This document shows, in pieces, positions 10,232 to 19,217 of a stretch of 64,000 bases of DNA. The notes below the pieces were generated by a model. That model was given only the letters and a program-made list of their open reading frames with translations. It had not been told where the DNA came from and did no database searches. The stretch is from contig CAVPSB010000025.1 in assembly GCA_963708025.1 (NCBI GenBank), forward strand, positions 256,001 to 320,000, given 5' to 3'. Source of the DNA: an uncultured Candidatus Rokubacteria bacterium (GTDB lineage: Bacteria > Methylomirabilota > Methylomirabilia > Rokubacteriales > DASRDR01). A program made the translations under genes and the position numbers. Every line of letters begins with the position of its first letter. Position 1 is the stretch's first letter.

Positions 10232-12646
10232 CTACGCCGTGCGGATCCTGACGCGGGTGGTGTTGAGGAGGCCGAAGCCCCGGAAGGGGTCGGCCTCGTG
10301 GGCGATGAGGTCGTTGGGGTTCGGGCCCTCGCCGCCGAAGAGGGGGATGTGGACGACGTCGGGGCGCGTGCCGGGATAGAGCCGCGCCGGGAGCCGGATC
10401 CGGCCCTTCGCGGACTCGACCCACACCGGATCCCCGTCCCTCACCCCCAGGCCGGCCGCCGTCTTCGGGTGGATCTCCACCCAGCCGTCCCAGGACGCCC
10501 GGACGTGGACCGCGGGCTGCTCCAGGAGCCAGGGCTGATTCTTCCCGCCTCCCGGCGGCCGGGTCACGAGGCGATAGGTGTTGAGGCGCAGGGGGAAGGC
10601 GCCCGGGTCCTCGACCGGCGGGATCGCCACGGCGGGGAGGTAGAGGAGATCGCCCCGATCCTGGCCCCCCAGGGCCTGCACGAAGGCCTCGCCCCTGGCG
10701 TCGCGCCGGATGGCCTCCTCGGTCAGGCGCTTGAGCGCGGTCGCGTACAGCTCGAGCTTTCCCGAGGGCGTCCTGAGGAGCGCCTTCCGGCTGACGGGCA
10801 GCCCCGTGGGATCCCACCAGGCGCCGCGCTTGCCGAGGGCGTCCCAGAAGTCGTCGTACGACTCGAACTCGGGAGCCCAGTACCCCTGCCGCTCGAGGAT
10901 CTTCCGGAGGGACTCCTCGGCGTGGACGGATACGACGTAGCCGCGTCCGGCCTCGTAGAGCCCGCGGGCGCCCTCGTAGAGGAGGTCCTCGTACTTCTCC
11001 CAGGGGAAGCTCCCGGCGAGGCTGCCGCCCAGGCCCTTCGCGAGCTGGAGGAGCACGTCGGCGGTGTCGCGGGTCTGATGGCGCGGCACCGCGGCCGGCC
11101 GGGCCAGGCTGAAGCAGGAGAAGCCGGCCAGGTGGGTCACGGGGTCGTCCTGCCACCGCTCGAGATAGGTGTGGTCCGGCAGGATCAGGTCGGCCACGGC
11201 GCTCGACTCGTCGAGCATCGGGGAGAAGCTGACGACGAACGGGACCCGCCGGAGGGCCTCGGCGAACTGCGCCTTCGCCGGATGATTGGCCAGGGGATTC
11301 GTCGCGAACAGGAAGAGGGCGTTGACCGGATACGGCGTCCCGGCGAGGATCCGCTCGGGGAGGGCCTGGGGCACGTCCGTGGCGAGCCGATACGGCCCCT
11401 GGCCGGCGCCGTCCAGGCGGGGCTCACCGGCGCCTCGCTTGGCGATCTCGTCGGGCGGGCCGGCGGGGAGCGGGGCCAGCGGCAGCTCGCCCTGGATCAG
11501 GAGCCCGCCCCGGGCCCCGATGCTCCCGGTGAGCGCGTTGAGGCTGTGGATCGCCATCCGGGTGTGGAGGTCGTCGCGGCCGTAGGCGGGGCCCCGCTCG
11601 CCCAGGACCACGGCCGGCTTGATCGTGCCCAGGTCGCGCGCGATCTCCAGAATGGTCTTCACCGGGACGCCGGTGGCCGCCGAGACGGTCAGCAGTCCGT
11701 ACTCCCTCAGGACCAGATTCTTGAACCCCTGAACCCGCCGGCCCGCGCCGTCGGTCCAGTCCTCGAACCCGAAGACGTGCTCCTCCACGAACTCCTGGTC
11801 GTAGAGCCCCTCGCGGATCATGGCGTTGGCGATACCGAGCGCCAGGATCCCGTCCGTCCCGGGGACGATGGGCACCCAGCGGTCCGCCTTGATCGCGGTG
11901 GGGGAGCGCCGGGGATCGACCTGGATGAACCGCCCGCGGGAGCCGTCGGCGCCGCCGCGGAGCCGGGCGAAGGCCAGCGAGGCGTGGACGGGACCGAGCC
12001 AGGCCTCCAGGAGGCCGACGCCGAAGGAGAGGATGAGCCGGGCCTCGCCGAGGTCGTAGCCCAGGGGGGCCGTCACACCCTGCATGAGCTGGTGGGCGAG
12101 GGCGGGCCTCTCCGGGGCGAGACAGCGGACGCGGACGTAGTTGGGCGTGCCGTAGGCCGCGGCGAAGCGCTTCCAGAGCGTGTCCCGGTACCCGCGGTAC
12201 TGGCCCCCCAGGATCGCCACCGTGTGCGCGAGCCCCTTCTGCCGGAGGTCGGCCAGACGGCCCCTCAGGAGCGTCAACGCCTCGTCCCAGCTCACGGGGC
12301 GGACGTGACCGCGCTCCCGGTCGCGCACCATGGGCCCCTTGAGGCGATCCTCGGCGTAGAGGAGCTGGAGCCCGCCGAAGGCCTTCGGGCAGAGGGCGCC
12401 GCGATTGATCGGATGGAGGGGGTTCCCCGCGAGCCCCGCCACCTCGCCGTCGAGCGTGCGGACCAGGAGCCCGCAGCCGCCCGGACACTGCTGGCAGATG
12501 GAGGGGACCTGGACCTCCTCGGGGGTGGCCCACCGGCCGAGCCCACGCCCGGCCTGTTCGGCCTTGGCCAGCGGGCCGCCGACCACGGCCGCCGCCCCCG
12601 CCGTCCCGCCCAGCGCCTGGAGGAACCCTCGTCGCGTGACGCGCAT
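10232..12646 (-). CDS. Tat-exported molybdopterin-oxidoreductase-family large subunit (QrcB-like)
   Basis: TRRGFL Tat motif, CQQCPGGC...CPK Fe-S motif, PGTDGILAL, ADLILPDHTYLE, C-terminal EIHPKTAAGLGVRDGD. Confidence 0.9.
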   Translation of the reverse strand: MRVTRRGFLQALGGTAGAAAVVGGPLAKAEQAGRGLGRWATPEEVQVPSICQQCPGGCGLLVRTLDGEVAGLAGNPLHPINRGALCPKAFGGLQLLYAEDRLKGPMVRDRERGHVRPVSWDEALTLLRGRLADLRQKGLAHTVAILGGQYRGYRDTLWKRFAAAYGTPNYVRVRCLAPERPALAHQLMQGVTAPLGYDLGEARLILSFGVGLLEAWLGPVHASLAFARLRGGADGSRGRFIQVDPRRSPTAIKADRWVPIVPGTDGILALGIANAMIREGLYDQEFVEEHVFGFEDWTDGAGRRVQGFKNLVLREYGLLTVSAATGVPVKTILEIARDLGTIKPAVVLGERGPAYGRDDLHTRMAIHSLNALTGSIGARGGLLIQGELPLAPLPAGPPDEIAKRGAGEPRLDGAGQGPYRLATDVPQALPERILAGTPYPVNALFLFATNPLANHPAKAQFAEALRRVPFVVSFSPMLDESSAVADLILPDHTYLERWQDDPVTHLAGFSCFSLARPAAVPRHQTRDTADVLLQLAKGLGGSLAGSFPWEKYEDLLYEGARGLYEAGRGYVVSVHAEESLRKILERQGYWAPEFESYDDFWDALGKRGAWWDPTGLPVSRKALLRTPSGKLELYATALKRLTEEAIRRDARGEAFVQALGGQDRGDLLYLPAVAIPPVEDPGAFPLRLNTYRLVTRPPGGGKNQPWLLEQPAVHVRASWDGWVEIHPKTAAGLGVRDGDPVWVESAKGRIRLPARLYPGTRPDVVHIPLFGGEGPNPNDLIAHEADPFRGFGLLNTTRVRIRTA

Positions 12647-12655
12647 CGTTCTCCC

Positions 12656-13223
12656 TCAGCGGTGGCAGGCGTTGCAGTCGGTGGAGACCTTCCGCCCCGC
12701 GGCCGCCCTCACCGGCTCCGCTCCCGGCGCCGGGGCCTCTGTGGGCCACTGCCACCGCTCGTGACAGCCGATGCAGTCGTCCATCCTGAGCGCCTTCAGC
12801 GGACGGGCCGGGGGACGGGTCAGCGTCTCCATGGGCCCGTGGCAGGTCTGGCACCTCACCTTCGCCACCGCCACGTGGACGCGGTGGGAGAAGAAGACAT
12901 GGGGCGGGAGCCGCCAGACCCGCTGCCAGGGGATCTCCCGGCCGTTCTCACCGAACGCCTGGAGCTTCTGCTCCTCCGCGCTCTTGGCCTGGGCGCCGGA
13001 GTGACAGGAGAGGCACTTCTTGGTGGAGGGGCGGCCGGCGGCGGCGCCCTTTTCCGCCCGGTCGTGGCAGGTCGTGCACTCGACCTTCTGGTCCTTCAGA
13101 TCGAGGTGCGTCTTGTGGGGGAACTCGATGGGCTGCTTCGATTGCCGGCTCCACCCAGCCCGCCCAGTAGCCCCAGGTCAGGACGAGCGCCAGCAACAGC
13201 GCCAGGCCGAGGGCGACCTTCAT
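12656..13223 (-). CDS. membrane-anchored pentaheme cytochrome c (ActA/QrcA-like), frameshift near 13155
   Basis: TM anchor, QPIEFPHKTH, CTTCH, CLSCH, FFSHRVH, CQTCH, CIGCH, CNACH. Confidence 0.9.
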
Positions 13224-13600
13224 GGCACGCGGTGTCGGGAGAGGACCGCATTCACGGTCTCCTCCAGCTGTCCGAGGGTGATCGGCTTCTCGAGGACAGC
13301 CACCACCAGACCTTCGGCTTTCGCCGCGTGGACCTCGGGCGTCGCGAGGGAAACGAGCGCGATGACGGAGACGTGGGGGAACTCGGCCCGGAGCCGGCGG
13401 ACTGTCCCGAGCTCCTCGGCCCCGAGCTCCTCGAGGTCCGTCACGACGATGGATACCGGGACCCGCTGGAGCCGGGACTCCCCTTCCGCCCAGCCCAACG
13501 CCGACGTCACCGGGACCCCGCCCCGCATGAGCGCCCGGGTCAGGCCCTGCAGCGTCGTGGCGTCGGGCGACACGACCAAGATCGATTCCGGTTGTCGCAT
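13220..13600 (-). CDS. stand-alone atypical receiver-domain protein
   Basis: ILVVSPD, IVVTDL, VLEKP; receiver fold with degenerate acidic pocket. Confidence 0.75.
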   Translation of the reverse strand: MRQPESILVVSPDATTLQGLTRALMRGGVPVTSALGWAEGESRLQRVPVSIVVTDLEELGAEELGTVRRLRAEFPHVSVIALVSLATPEVHAAKAEGLVVAVLEKPITLGQLEETVNAVLSRHRVP

Positions 13601-13618
13601 GGCGTTCGCATCCCAGGC

Positions 13619-13635
13619 AGCACGCCCCGTGCCAG
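13619..13635 (-). promoter_or_regulatory. sigma-54 (-24/-12) promoter
   Basis: Minus strand reads CTGGCACGGGGCGTGCT (GG-N10-GC), just upstream of the operon and next to an enhancer-binding protein gene. Confidence 0.8.
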
Positions 13636-13724
13636 CTCCCCGCCACCCGCGGCTTCGACGCGGAACCCTCTTCGGTGCGCGGAGTTCGGGGGCGAAGTCG
13701 GAAGGGGAGGGCGGGCCCTGGGAT

Positions 13725-13769
13725 TGTCAGATCGACCCTGTCGGTCGATCGAGTCCGGTCAATGCGACA
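13725..13769. promoter_or_regulatory. putative upstream activator sites for the sigma-54 activator
   Basis: TGTCAGATCGACC (13725-37) and GGTCAATGCGACA (13757-69) are related inverted copies 32 bp apart. Confidence 0.55.
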
Positions 13770-13775
13770 AAGGGG

Positions 13776-15125
13776 CTATTGGAGCCCGAACTCCTGGATC
13801 TTCCGGTAGAGGGTCTTGAGTCCGATCCCCAGGACCTCGGCGGCCCTCCGCTTGTTCCCGCCGGTCGCCACCAGCGTTCGGGCGATGGTCTGGCGCTCCA
13901 GATCCCGGAGCGTCGCTCCCGCGGCGCGATCGCCGGGTTCGGGACCCCGCTCCTCGCCCCGAATGGCCAGGGGGAGATCGCCGGCGGCAACGGGACCACC
14001 CTTGGAGAACACCAGCATCGACTCCACGACGTGCTGGAGCTCCCGGACATTTCCCGGCCAGGAATGGCGGCAAAGGAGCGCGAGGGCCTCGGGGGTCAGC
14101 TCGGGGACGGGTTTCCCCGACCGCTCGGCAAAGACGCGCAGGAAGTGAGCCACCAGGAAGGGGACATCCTCGACCCGATCCCGGAGGGGTGGCACCGCGA
14201 TGCGGACGACGTTGAGCCGGTAGTAGAGATCTTCCCGGAACGCGCCCTCGGCTGCGAGGCCCTCCAGGTCTCGGTTCGTCGCGGTGACGAGCCTGACGTC
14301 CACCCGGATCGTCTCGGTCCCGCCGACCCGCTCGAACTCCTGCTCCTGGAGGACCCGTAGGAGCTTGGCCTGGGTCCGGGGACTCAGGTCGCCCACCTCG
14401 TCCAGAAACAGCGTGCCGCCGTGGGCGAGCTCGAACCGTCCCTTCCGCCGATCCCGAGCGCCGGTAAACGCCCCGCGCTCGTGGCCGAACAGCTCGGACT
14501 CCAGCAGCTCCTCGGGAAGCGCGGCACAGCTCACCTTCACCAGTGGGCCCTCGGCCCGGCGACCTCCGTAGTGAATGGCGTGAGCCACCAGCTCCTTGCC
14601 GGTCCCGCTTTCCCCGCGGATCAGCACGGCCGCATCGGTGGCGGCGACCTGCTGGATCGATTCCCTGAGGCGCTGCATGGCTGCGGAGCGGCCCAGAAGC
14701 TGCTCGAGCCCGGACGTCTCCCGCAGGCGCAGCCTCAGCTCCCGATTCTCCTGGGCCAGCCGCCGGGCTTCCAGGGCGTTCCGCAGCACGAGCTCGAGCT
14801 TGTCCAGATGGATCGGCTTGGTGAGGAAATCGTAGGCCCCCTTTCTCATGGCCTCGACGGCCAGGTCCACGGTGGCGAAGGCGGTGAGAATGATCACGAC
14901 GGTCTCGGGGAAATCCGAGCGGACCTGCTCCAGGAGGGTCATCCCGTCGACACCCGGCATTTTCAGGTCCGTCAGGAGCACGTCGACCGATTCCCTTTGG
15001 AGGATCGGCAGGGCCCCGGCGCCGTCTGCGGCCGTCAGGGTCCGGTACCCCGCCCGGGTCATGGCCCGGCCGAGGCTCTCCCGGGTTCGGGGATCGTCCT
15101 CGGCCACAAGGATGACGTGCCCCAT
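13776..15125 (-). CDS. sigma-54-dependent response regulator (NtrC/AtoC/ZraR family)
   Basis: Receiver domain, GESGTGKE, ESELFGHERGAFTGA, FREDLYYRL, Fis-type HTH. Confidence 0.97.
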   Translation of the reverse strand: MGHVILVAEDDPRTRESLGRAMTRAGYRTLTAADGAGALPILQRESVDVLLTDLKMPGVDGMTLLEQVRSDFPETVVIILTAFATVDLAVEAMRKGAYDFLTKPIHLDKLELVLRNALEARRLAQENRELRLRLRETSGLEQLLGRSAAMQRLRESIQQVAATDAAVLIRGESGTGKELVAHAIHYGGRRAEGPLVKVSCAALPEELLESELFGHERGAFTGARDRRKGRFELAHGGTLFLDEVGDLSPRTQAKLLRVLQEQEFERVGGTETIRVDVRLVTATNRDLEGLAAEGAFREDLYYRLNVVRIAVPPLRDRVEDVPFLVAHFLRVFAERSGKPVPELTPEALALLCRHSWPGNVRELQHVVESMLVFSKGGPVAAGDLPLAIRGEERGPEPGDRAAGATLRDLERQTIARTLVATGGNKRRAAEVLGIGLKTLYRKIQEFGLQ

Positions 15126-15139
15126 CCTCTCTGCCCCCC

Positions 15140-16726
15140 TTACGCGGGACGCCCGGCAGGGAGACGGACGACGAATGCGGCCCCCCCTCCGGCCCGGTTC
15201 TGACAGGAAACGCTCCCCCCGTGCTCCTCGACGATTCGTCTGACGATGGGAAGCCCCAGGCCGAGGCCGTCCGCCTTGGTGCTGACGAAGGGAAGAAAGA
15301 TCAGCTCCCGCTGCGCCTCCGGAATGCCCGGCCCGCTGTCCGTCACGTCGATTCGCACCCCGTCCCCGTCCTGGCCGACCTCCACGCCCAGGGTTCCCCC
15401 GTTCGGCATGGCTTGAAGGGCGTTCTGCCCCAGGTTGAGGAAGACTTCGCGAAGCTGATCCCCGTCGCCTCTCACCGAGGCGACGGGCAAGGTCCTCGGG
15501 GTTTCGATGCAGACCCCCGCCTCGGCCGCCTGGGGTCCCAGCAGTCCCAGGATCTCTTCGAGAAGGGGGCCGATCTCGACCTGATCGAACCGCGGCGTCG
15601 GGAGACGGGCGAACTTGACGAACTCCTCCAGGATCCGGTTGATCCGGTTGATTTCGTACTCGACGGTGGCCAGGGTGCTGAGGATCTCGCCGATGGACGG
15701 TGGGGGAGCTTCCCGGGAAAGCTCCCGGCGGAGCAGCTGGACGTTGATCGCCAGGGAGTTGAGAGGCGTCCGAATCTCGTGTGTCACCCCGGCTGCGATC
15801 TGGCCCGTCACGGCGATCCGCTCGGCTCGGACAAGCTCGGCTTGCGTGGCGTGGAGGCGGACAGCGGTCTCCTCCAGCTCCCGCGTCCGCTCCTTGACCT
15901 GACGCTCCAGCTCGGCCTGGAAGTTCCTCCGATCGGCCTCGTGGGTCTCGAGGCGCTCGGCCATCACGTTGAACGCCTGGGAGAGCTGCCCCACTTCGCT
16001 GCCCGACCGCACCGGGACGCGCCGGGAGAAGTCGCCTCCGGCGATGTGGAGGGCCGCCTCGGCAAGCCGGGTGATCGGCAGGACCAGGGTGCGCGAGAGG
16101 AAGCGGTCGCCGAGGAGGAGGAGGAGGCCGCCGCCAAAGGCGAAGGCCACGTAGAGGGCGGAGATCAGGAGCATTCGCCGCTGGCTCCGGTCGATGGCGC
16201 GCTGGAATTTCTTCTGGTGCAGGGCGTGGAGTTCCTGGACGAGTCCGGAGACCTGCTCGTGAGCCAGCTCGTTCAACGACGCCAACTCAGAGGCGGTCGG
16301 CGGCCGTCCCCGTGCGGATGCCTCGACCGCCCCCATCGAGGCAGCCTCCAGTCGGGCCAGCAGGGACTTTAGCTCGTCGAGCCGCGCCAGCTCCTTGCGG
16401 GCTTCGTCTCCCCCCTGGGCGCGCTCCAGCGCCTCATAGGCCGCAACCTCTCTCTCGAGGCCCTCCAGGTGCGCCCGCGGTGGTCGGTGCCCATGTGTTC
16501 CACCGCCATGGAGAGTGAGGTGGAGGTCGTCGACGAAATGATGAATGAGGCTGTGAATGCGATCGATGGCCTCCACCTCGAGCCCTTGCTGCCTTCCCTG
16601 CTCCACTCCCTTCGAGATGGTCCAGGCCAGGAGCACGGAGATCCCTCCCACCAGCAAAACGAGGCTGAACCCGATGCCGATGGCGAGCTTGATCTGCCGG
16701 CCGACTCCCGCGCGTACGGGCTCCAT
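15140..16726 (-). CDS. sensor histidine kinase with HAMP domain
   Basis: Two TM helices, HAMP, HEIRTPL, NLGQNA, DSGPG, GLGLGL. Confidence 0.95.
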   Translation of the reverse strand: MEPVRAGVGRQIKLAIGIGFSLVLLVGGISVLLAWTISKGVEQGRQQGLEVEAIDRIHSLIHHFVDDLHLTLHGGGTHGHRPPRAHLEGLEREVAAYEALERAQGGDEARKELARLDELKSLLARLEAASMGAVEASARGRPPTASELASLNELAHEQVSGLVQELHALHQKKFQRAIDRSQRRMLLISALYVAFAFGGGLLLLLGDRFLSRTLVLPITRLAEAALHIAGGDFSRRVPVRSGSEVGQLSQAFNVMAERLETHEADRRNFQAELERQVKERTRELEETAVRLHATQAELVRAERIAVTGQIAAGVTHEIRTPLNSLAINVQLLRRELSREAPPPSIGEILSTLATVEYEINRINRILEEFVKFARLPTPRFDQVEIGPLLEEILGLLGPQAAEAGVCIETPRTLPVASVRGDGDQLREVFLNLGQNALQAMPNGGTLGVEVGQDGDGVRIDVTDSGPGIPEAQRELIFLPFVSTKADGLGLGLPIVRRIVEEHGGSVSCQNRAGGGAAFVVRLPAGRPA

Positions 16727-16896
16727 CGATCTCTGTGCGGCCCTCGGTGGGGCAAAAGGCCGAGTTCGCAGCTTCGCTATGCAGATTCTACGCCCACGAA
16801 CGCGAGGCTGCGAGGACGAAGGCGCGGCTCACCGGCGACGAGCAGAAGGCAGTCGGGACCACCGATTTCGACCTGCAGCTCGATCCGGGTGGCGCG

Positions 16897-18699
16897 TCAG
16901 GCCTGCTTGGCTTCCAGCTCGGCCCAGCGGGCGTAGAGGCGGGCGACCTCGGCGCGGGCGGCGTCGAGGGTGGCGTGGCGGGCCTGGAGCGCGGCGGCGT
17001 CGGCGGCGATGGCGGGGTCCTCGGCGGCGAGGCGGCAGGCCTCGGCCGCGTTCTCGGCCTCCAGGATGGCGTGCTCCATCCCGTCCCACTCGCGCTGCTC
17101 GCGGTAGGGGAGGCGGCGGGGGCGGGCCCGCTCGCGCGCGGCCCCCCGGTCGGGCGCGTCGCGCGGCGGCCGGCCCTGGCGGGCACGCGCCGCGCGGGCG
17201 GCTTCCCACTGGGCGTAGTCCGCGAACGTCTCGGCGCCGCCCTGGCCGTCGAGGGCGACGATGACCGTGGACACGCGGTCGAGCATGAAGCGGTCGTGGG
17301 TCACCAGGACGAGGCCGCCGGGGAACTCGGCGAGGCTGTCCTCGAGCACCTCGAGGGCGGGGATGTCGAGATCGTTGGTGGGCTCGTCGAGGATCAGGAG
17401 GTCGGCCGGCTCGCGCATCAGCCGGGCGATGAGGATGCGCGCCTGCTCGCCGCCCGAGAGCCGGCCCACGGGCAGGTCGAGCTGCTCGGAGCGGAAGAGG
17501 AAGCGCTTGGCCCAGGCCGCCACGTGCACCGGGCGGTCGTGGACGAACACGGTGTCGCCCTCGGGGGCGAGCGCGCGCCGCAGCGGCTGGTCGGGATCGA
17601 GGCCGGCGCGGTCCTGGTCGAAGCGCGCGAGCCGCAGGCCGTCGGCGCGCTCGACCTCGCCGGCGTCGGGCGGCAGCGTGCCGTCGAGCAGGCTCAGCAG
17701 GGTCGTCTTGCCGCTGCCGTTCGGGCCGATGAGGCCGACCCGCGTGCCGGGGGCGATGACGAGGTCCAGGCCGAGGACGAGGAGCCGGCCGCCGAGCGAC
17801 TTCGTCAGCCCGCGCGCGGCGAGGAGCCGGCGCGAGCGCCGCTCGGTAGCCGTGAACGCGATGCCGGCGGTGGCGACGGCGGCGCGGGTCTCGAGATCCG
17901 TCAGCTCCTCGACGAGCCGGCCCGCCTCCTTGATGCGACCCTTCGCCTTCGTGGTCCGGGCCTTGGCGCCCCGGCGCAGCCACTCGATCTCGCGCCGCAC
18001 CGTGTTGGCGAGCGACTCCTGGTAGGCGGCCTGGCCGCGGAGGAGCTCGTCGCGCCGGGCCAGGAAGTCGCTGTAGCGGCCGTCGGCCTCGAAGAGCCCG
18101 CGCGGGAGGGCGGGGCTCAGCTCGAGCATCCGCGTGGCGACGTGCTCGAGGAAGTAGCGGTCGTGGCTCACCACCAGGCAGGCGCGCGCCCGCTCGGCGA
18201 GCACCTCCTCCAGCCAGAGGATGCCGTCCACGTCGAGGTGGTTGGTCGGCTCGTCCATCAGGAGCACGTCGGGGGCGGCGGCCAGCTCGCGCGCGATGGC
18301 GAGGCGCTTCTTCCAGCCGCCCGATAGGGCGTCCACCTCGAGGCGGCCGTCCGGGAAGCCGGCGCGGCCCAGCGCGAGCGCGAGACGGCCGGGCCGCTCG
18401 GCCTCGTCGACGGCGGCGAGCGCGCCGGCGAGCACGCTCTCGACCGTGTGGCCGGGTGGGAAGACGGGGTCCTGCGGCACGTAGCCGAGCCGGACGCCGC
18501 CGCGGAGCGAGCGCGTGCCCCGGTCGGGCGTCTCGAGGCCGGCCAGGATCCTGAGCAGCGTGGACTTGCCCGAGCCGTTGGGGCCCACGAGCCCCGCCTG
18601 GTCGCCGTCGAAGAGCCCGAAGGACAGGTCGTCGAAGAGCCTCCGGGTCCCGTAGGCCTTGCTGACCGACTCGCAGCCCAGGAGGATCGCCCGCGGCAT
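16897..18699 (-). CDS. ABC-F family ATPase (Uup-like)
   Basis: Two NBDs (GPNGSGKS/T, LSGG, DEPTN), WLRRGAKARTTKAKGR linker, C-terminal coiled coil ending LYARWAELE. Confidence 0.95.
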   Translation of the reverse strand: MPRAILLGCESVSKAYGTRRLFDDLSFGLFDGDQAGLVGPNGSGKSTLLRILAGLETPDRGTRSLRGGVRLGYVPQDPVFPPGHTVESVLAGALAAVDEAERPGRLALALGRAGFPDGRLEVDALSGGWKKRLAIARELAAAPDVLLMDEPTNHLDVDGILWLEEVLAERARACLVVSHDRYFLEHVATRMLELSPALPRGLFEADGRYSDFLARRDELLRGQAAYQESLANTVRREIEWLRRGAKARTTKAKGRIKEAGRLVEELTDLETRAAVATAGIAFTATERRSRRLLAARGLTKSLGGRLLVLGLDLVIAPGTRVGLIGPNGSGKTTLLSLLDGTLPPDAGEVERADGLRLARFDQDRAGLDPDQPLRRALAPEGDTVFVHDRPVHVAAWAKRFLFRSEQLDLPVGRLSGGEQARILIARLMREPADLLILDEPTNDLDIPALEVLEDSLAEFPGGLVLVTHDRFMLDRVSTVIVALDGQGGAETFADYAQWEAARAARARQGRPPRDAPDRGAARERARPRRLPYREQREWDGMEHAILEAENAAEACRLAAEDPAIAADAAALQARHATLDAARAEVARLYARWAELEAKQA

Positions 18700-18704
18700 G
18701 CGCG

Positions 18705-18782
18705 CTATTTCTTCTCCGGCTTTGGCTTCTCCTGCTTGGGCTTCTTCTTCTTTTCCTTCTGCATGTCTCTGCCTTTCGCCAT
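18705..18782 (-). CDS. 25-aa Lys-rich small ORF MAKGRDMQKEKKKKPKQEKPKPEKK (candidate leader peptide)
   Basis: Hand-translated. RBS AAGGGGGTG, stop 5 nt before the ABC-F ATG; not in the ORF track. Confidence 0.75.
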   Translation of the reverse strand: MAKGRDMQKEKKKKPKQEKPKPEKK

Positions 18783-18813
18783 GGGCTCACCCCCTTTCCA
18801 CTGCCTGGCGCAG

Positions 18814-18819
18814 ATTATA
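18814..18819 (-). promoter_or_regulatory. -10 box TATAAT upstream of the small ORF and ABC-F gene
   Basis: Perfect TATAAT on the minus strand in ~70% GC DNA, 31 nt before the small-ORF ATG. Confidence 0.6.
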
Positions 18820-18946
18820 CCCATCGTCCCGCGGATGGGCGCCGGGATGTCGGATGTCGGGAGGACCGCCGGGTGGTCACGCGGCGACCCCGGGCGCGTC
18901 GAGATCGCGGATCACCGCCCGACCGCGTCGGGTCGGGGGGTCGGGC

Positions 18947-19217
18947 TCAGCGGCCGAGGGTGTCGTAGCAGAGGCGCGCCATGCGGCCGATGAGCTGGGC
19001 CGCGGCGGCGAAGCCCGGGGTCCCGTCCGGCAGCGCGGCGGGGACGTGCTCCGTGTAGGCGGTGAGGATGAACAGAGGGCGCTCGTCTTTCACCCAGCCG
19101 CGTCCGGACGGCCGACCGGTCCAGGTCGGCCAGGGTCGGGCCGCCGATGAGGGCAAGCGCGCGGTCGATCTCAGTCTGGATGCCAGCCCCCGGTCGAAAT
19201 GGAGATGGCTCAGCATA
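18947..19217 (-). pseudogene. mosaic of gene remnants
   Basis: LSHLHFD; IQTEIDRALALIGGPTLADLDRSAV in another frame; PLFILTAYTEHVP...IGRMARLCYDTL. Confidence 0.45.
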
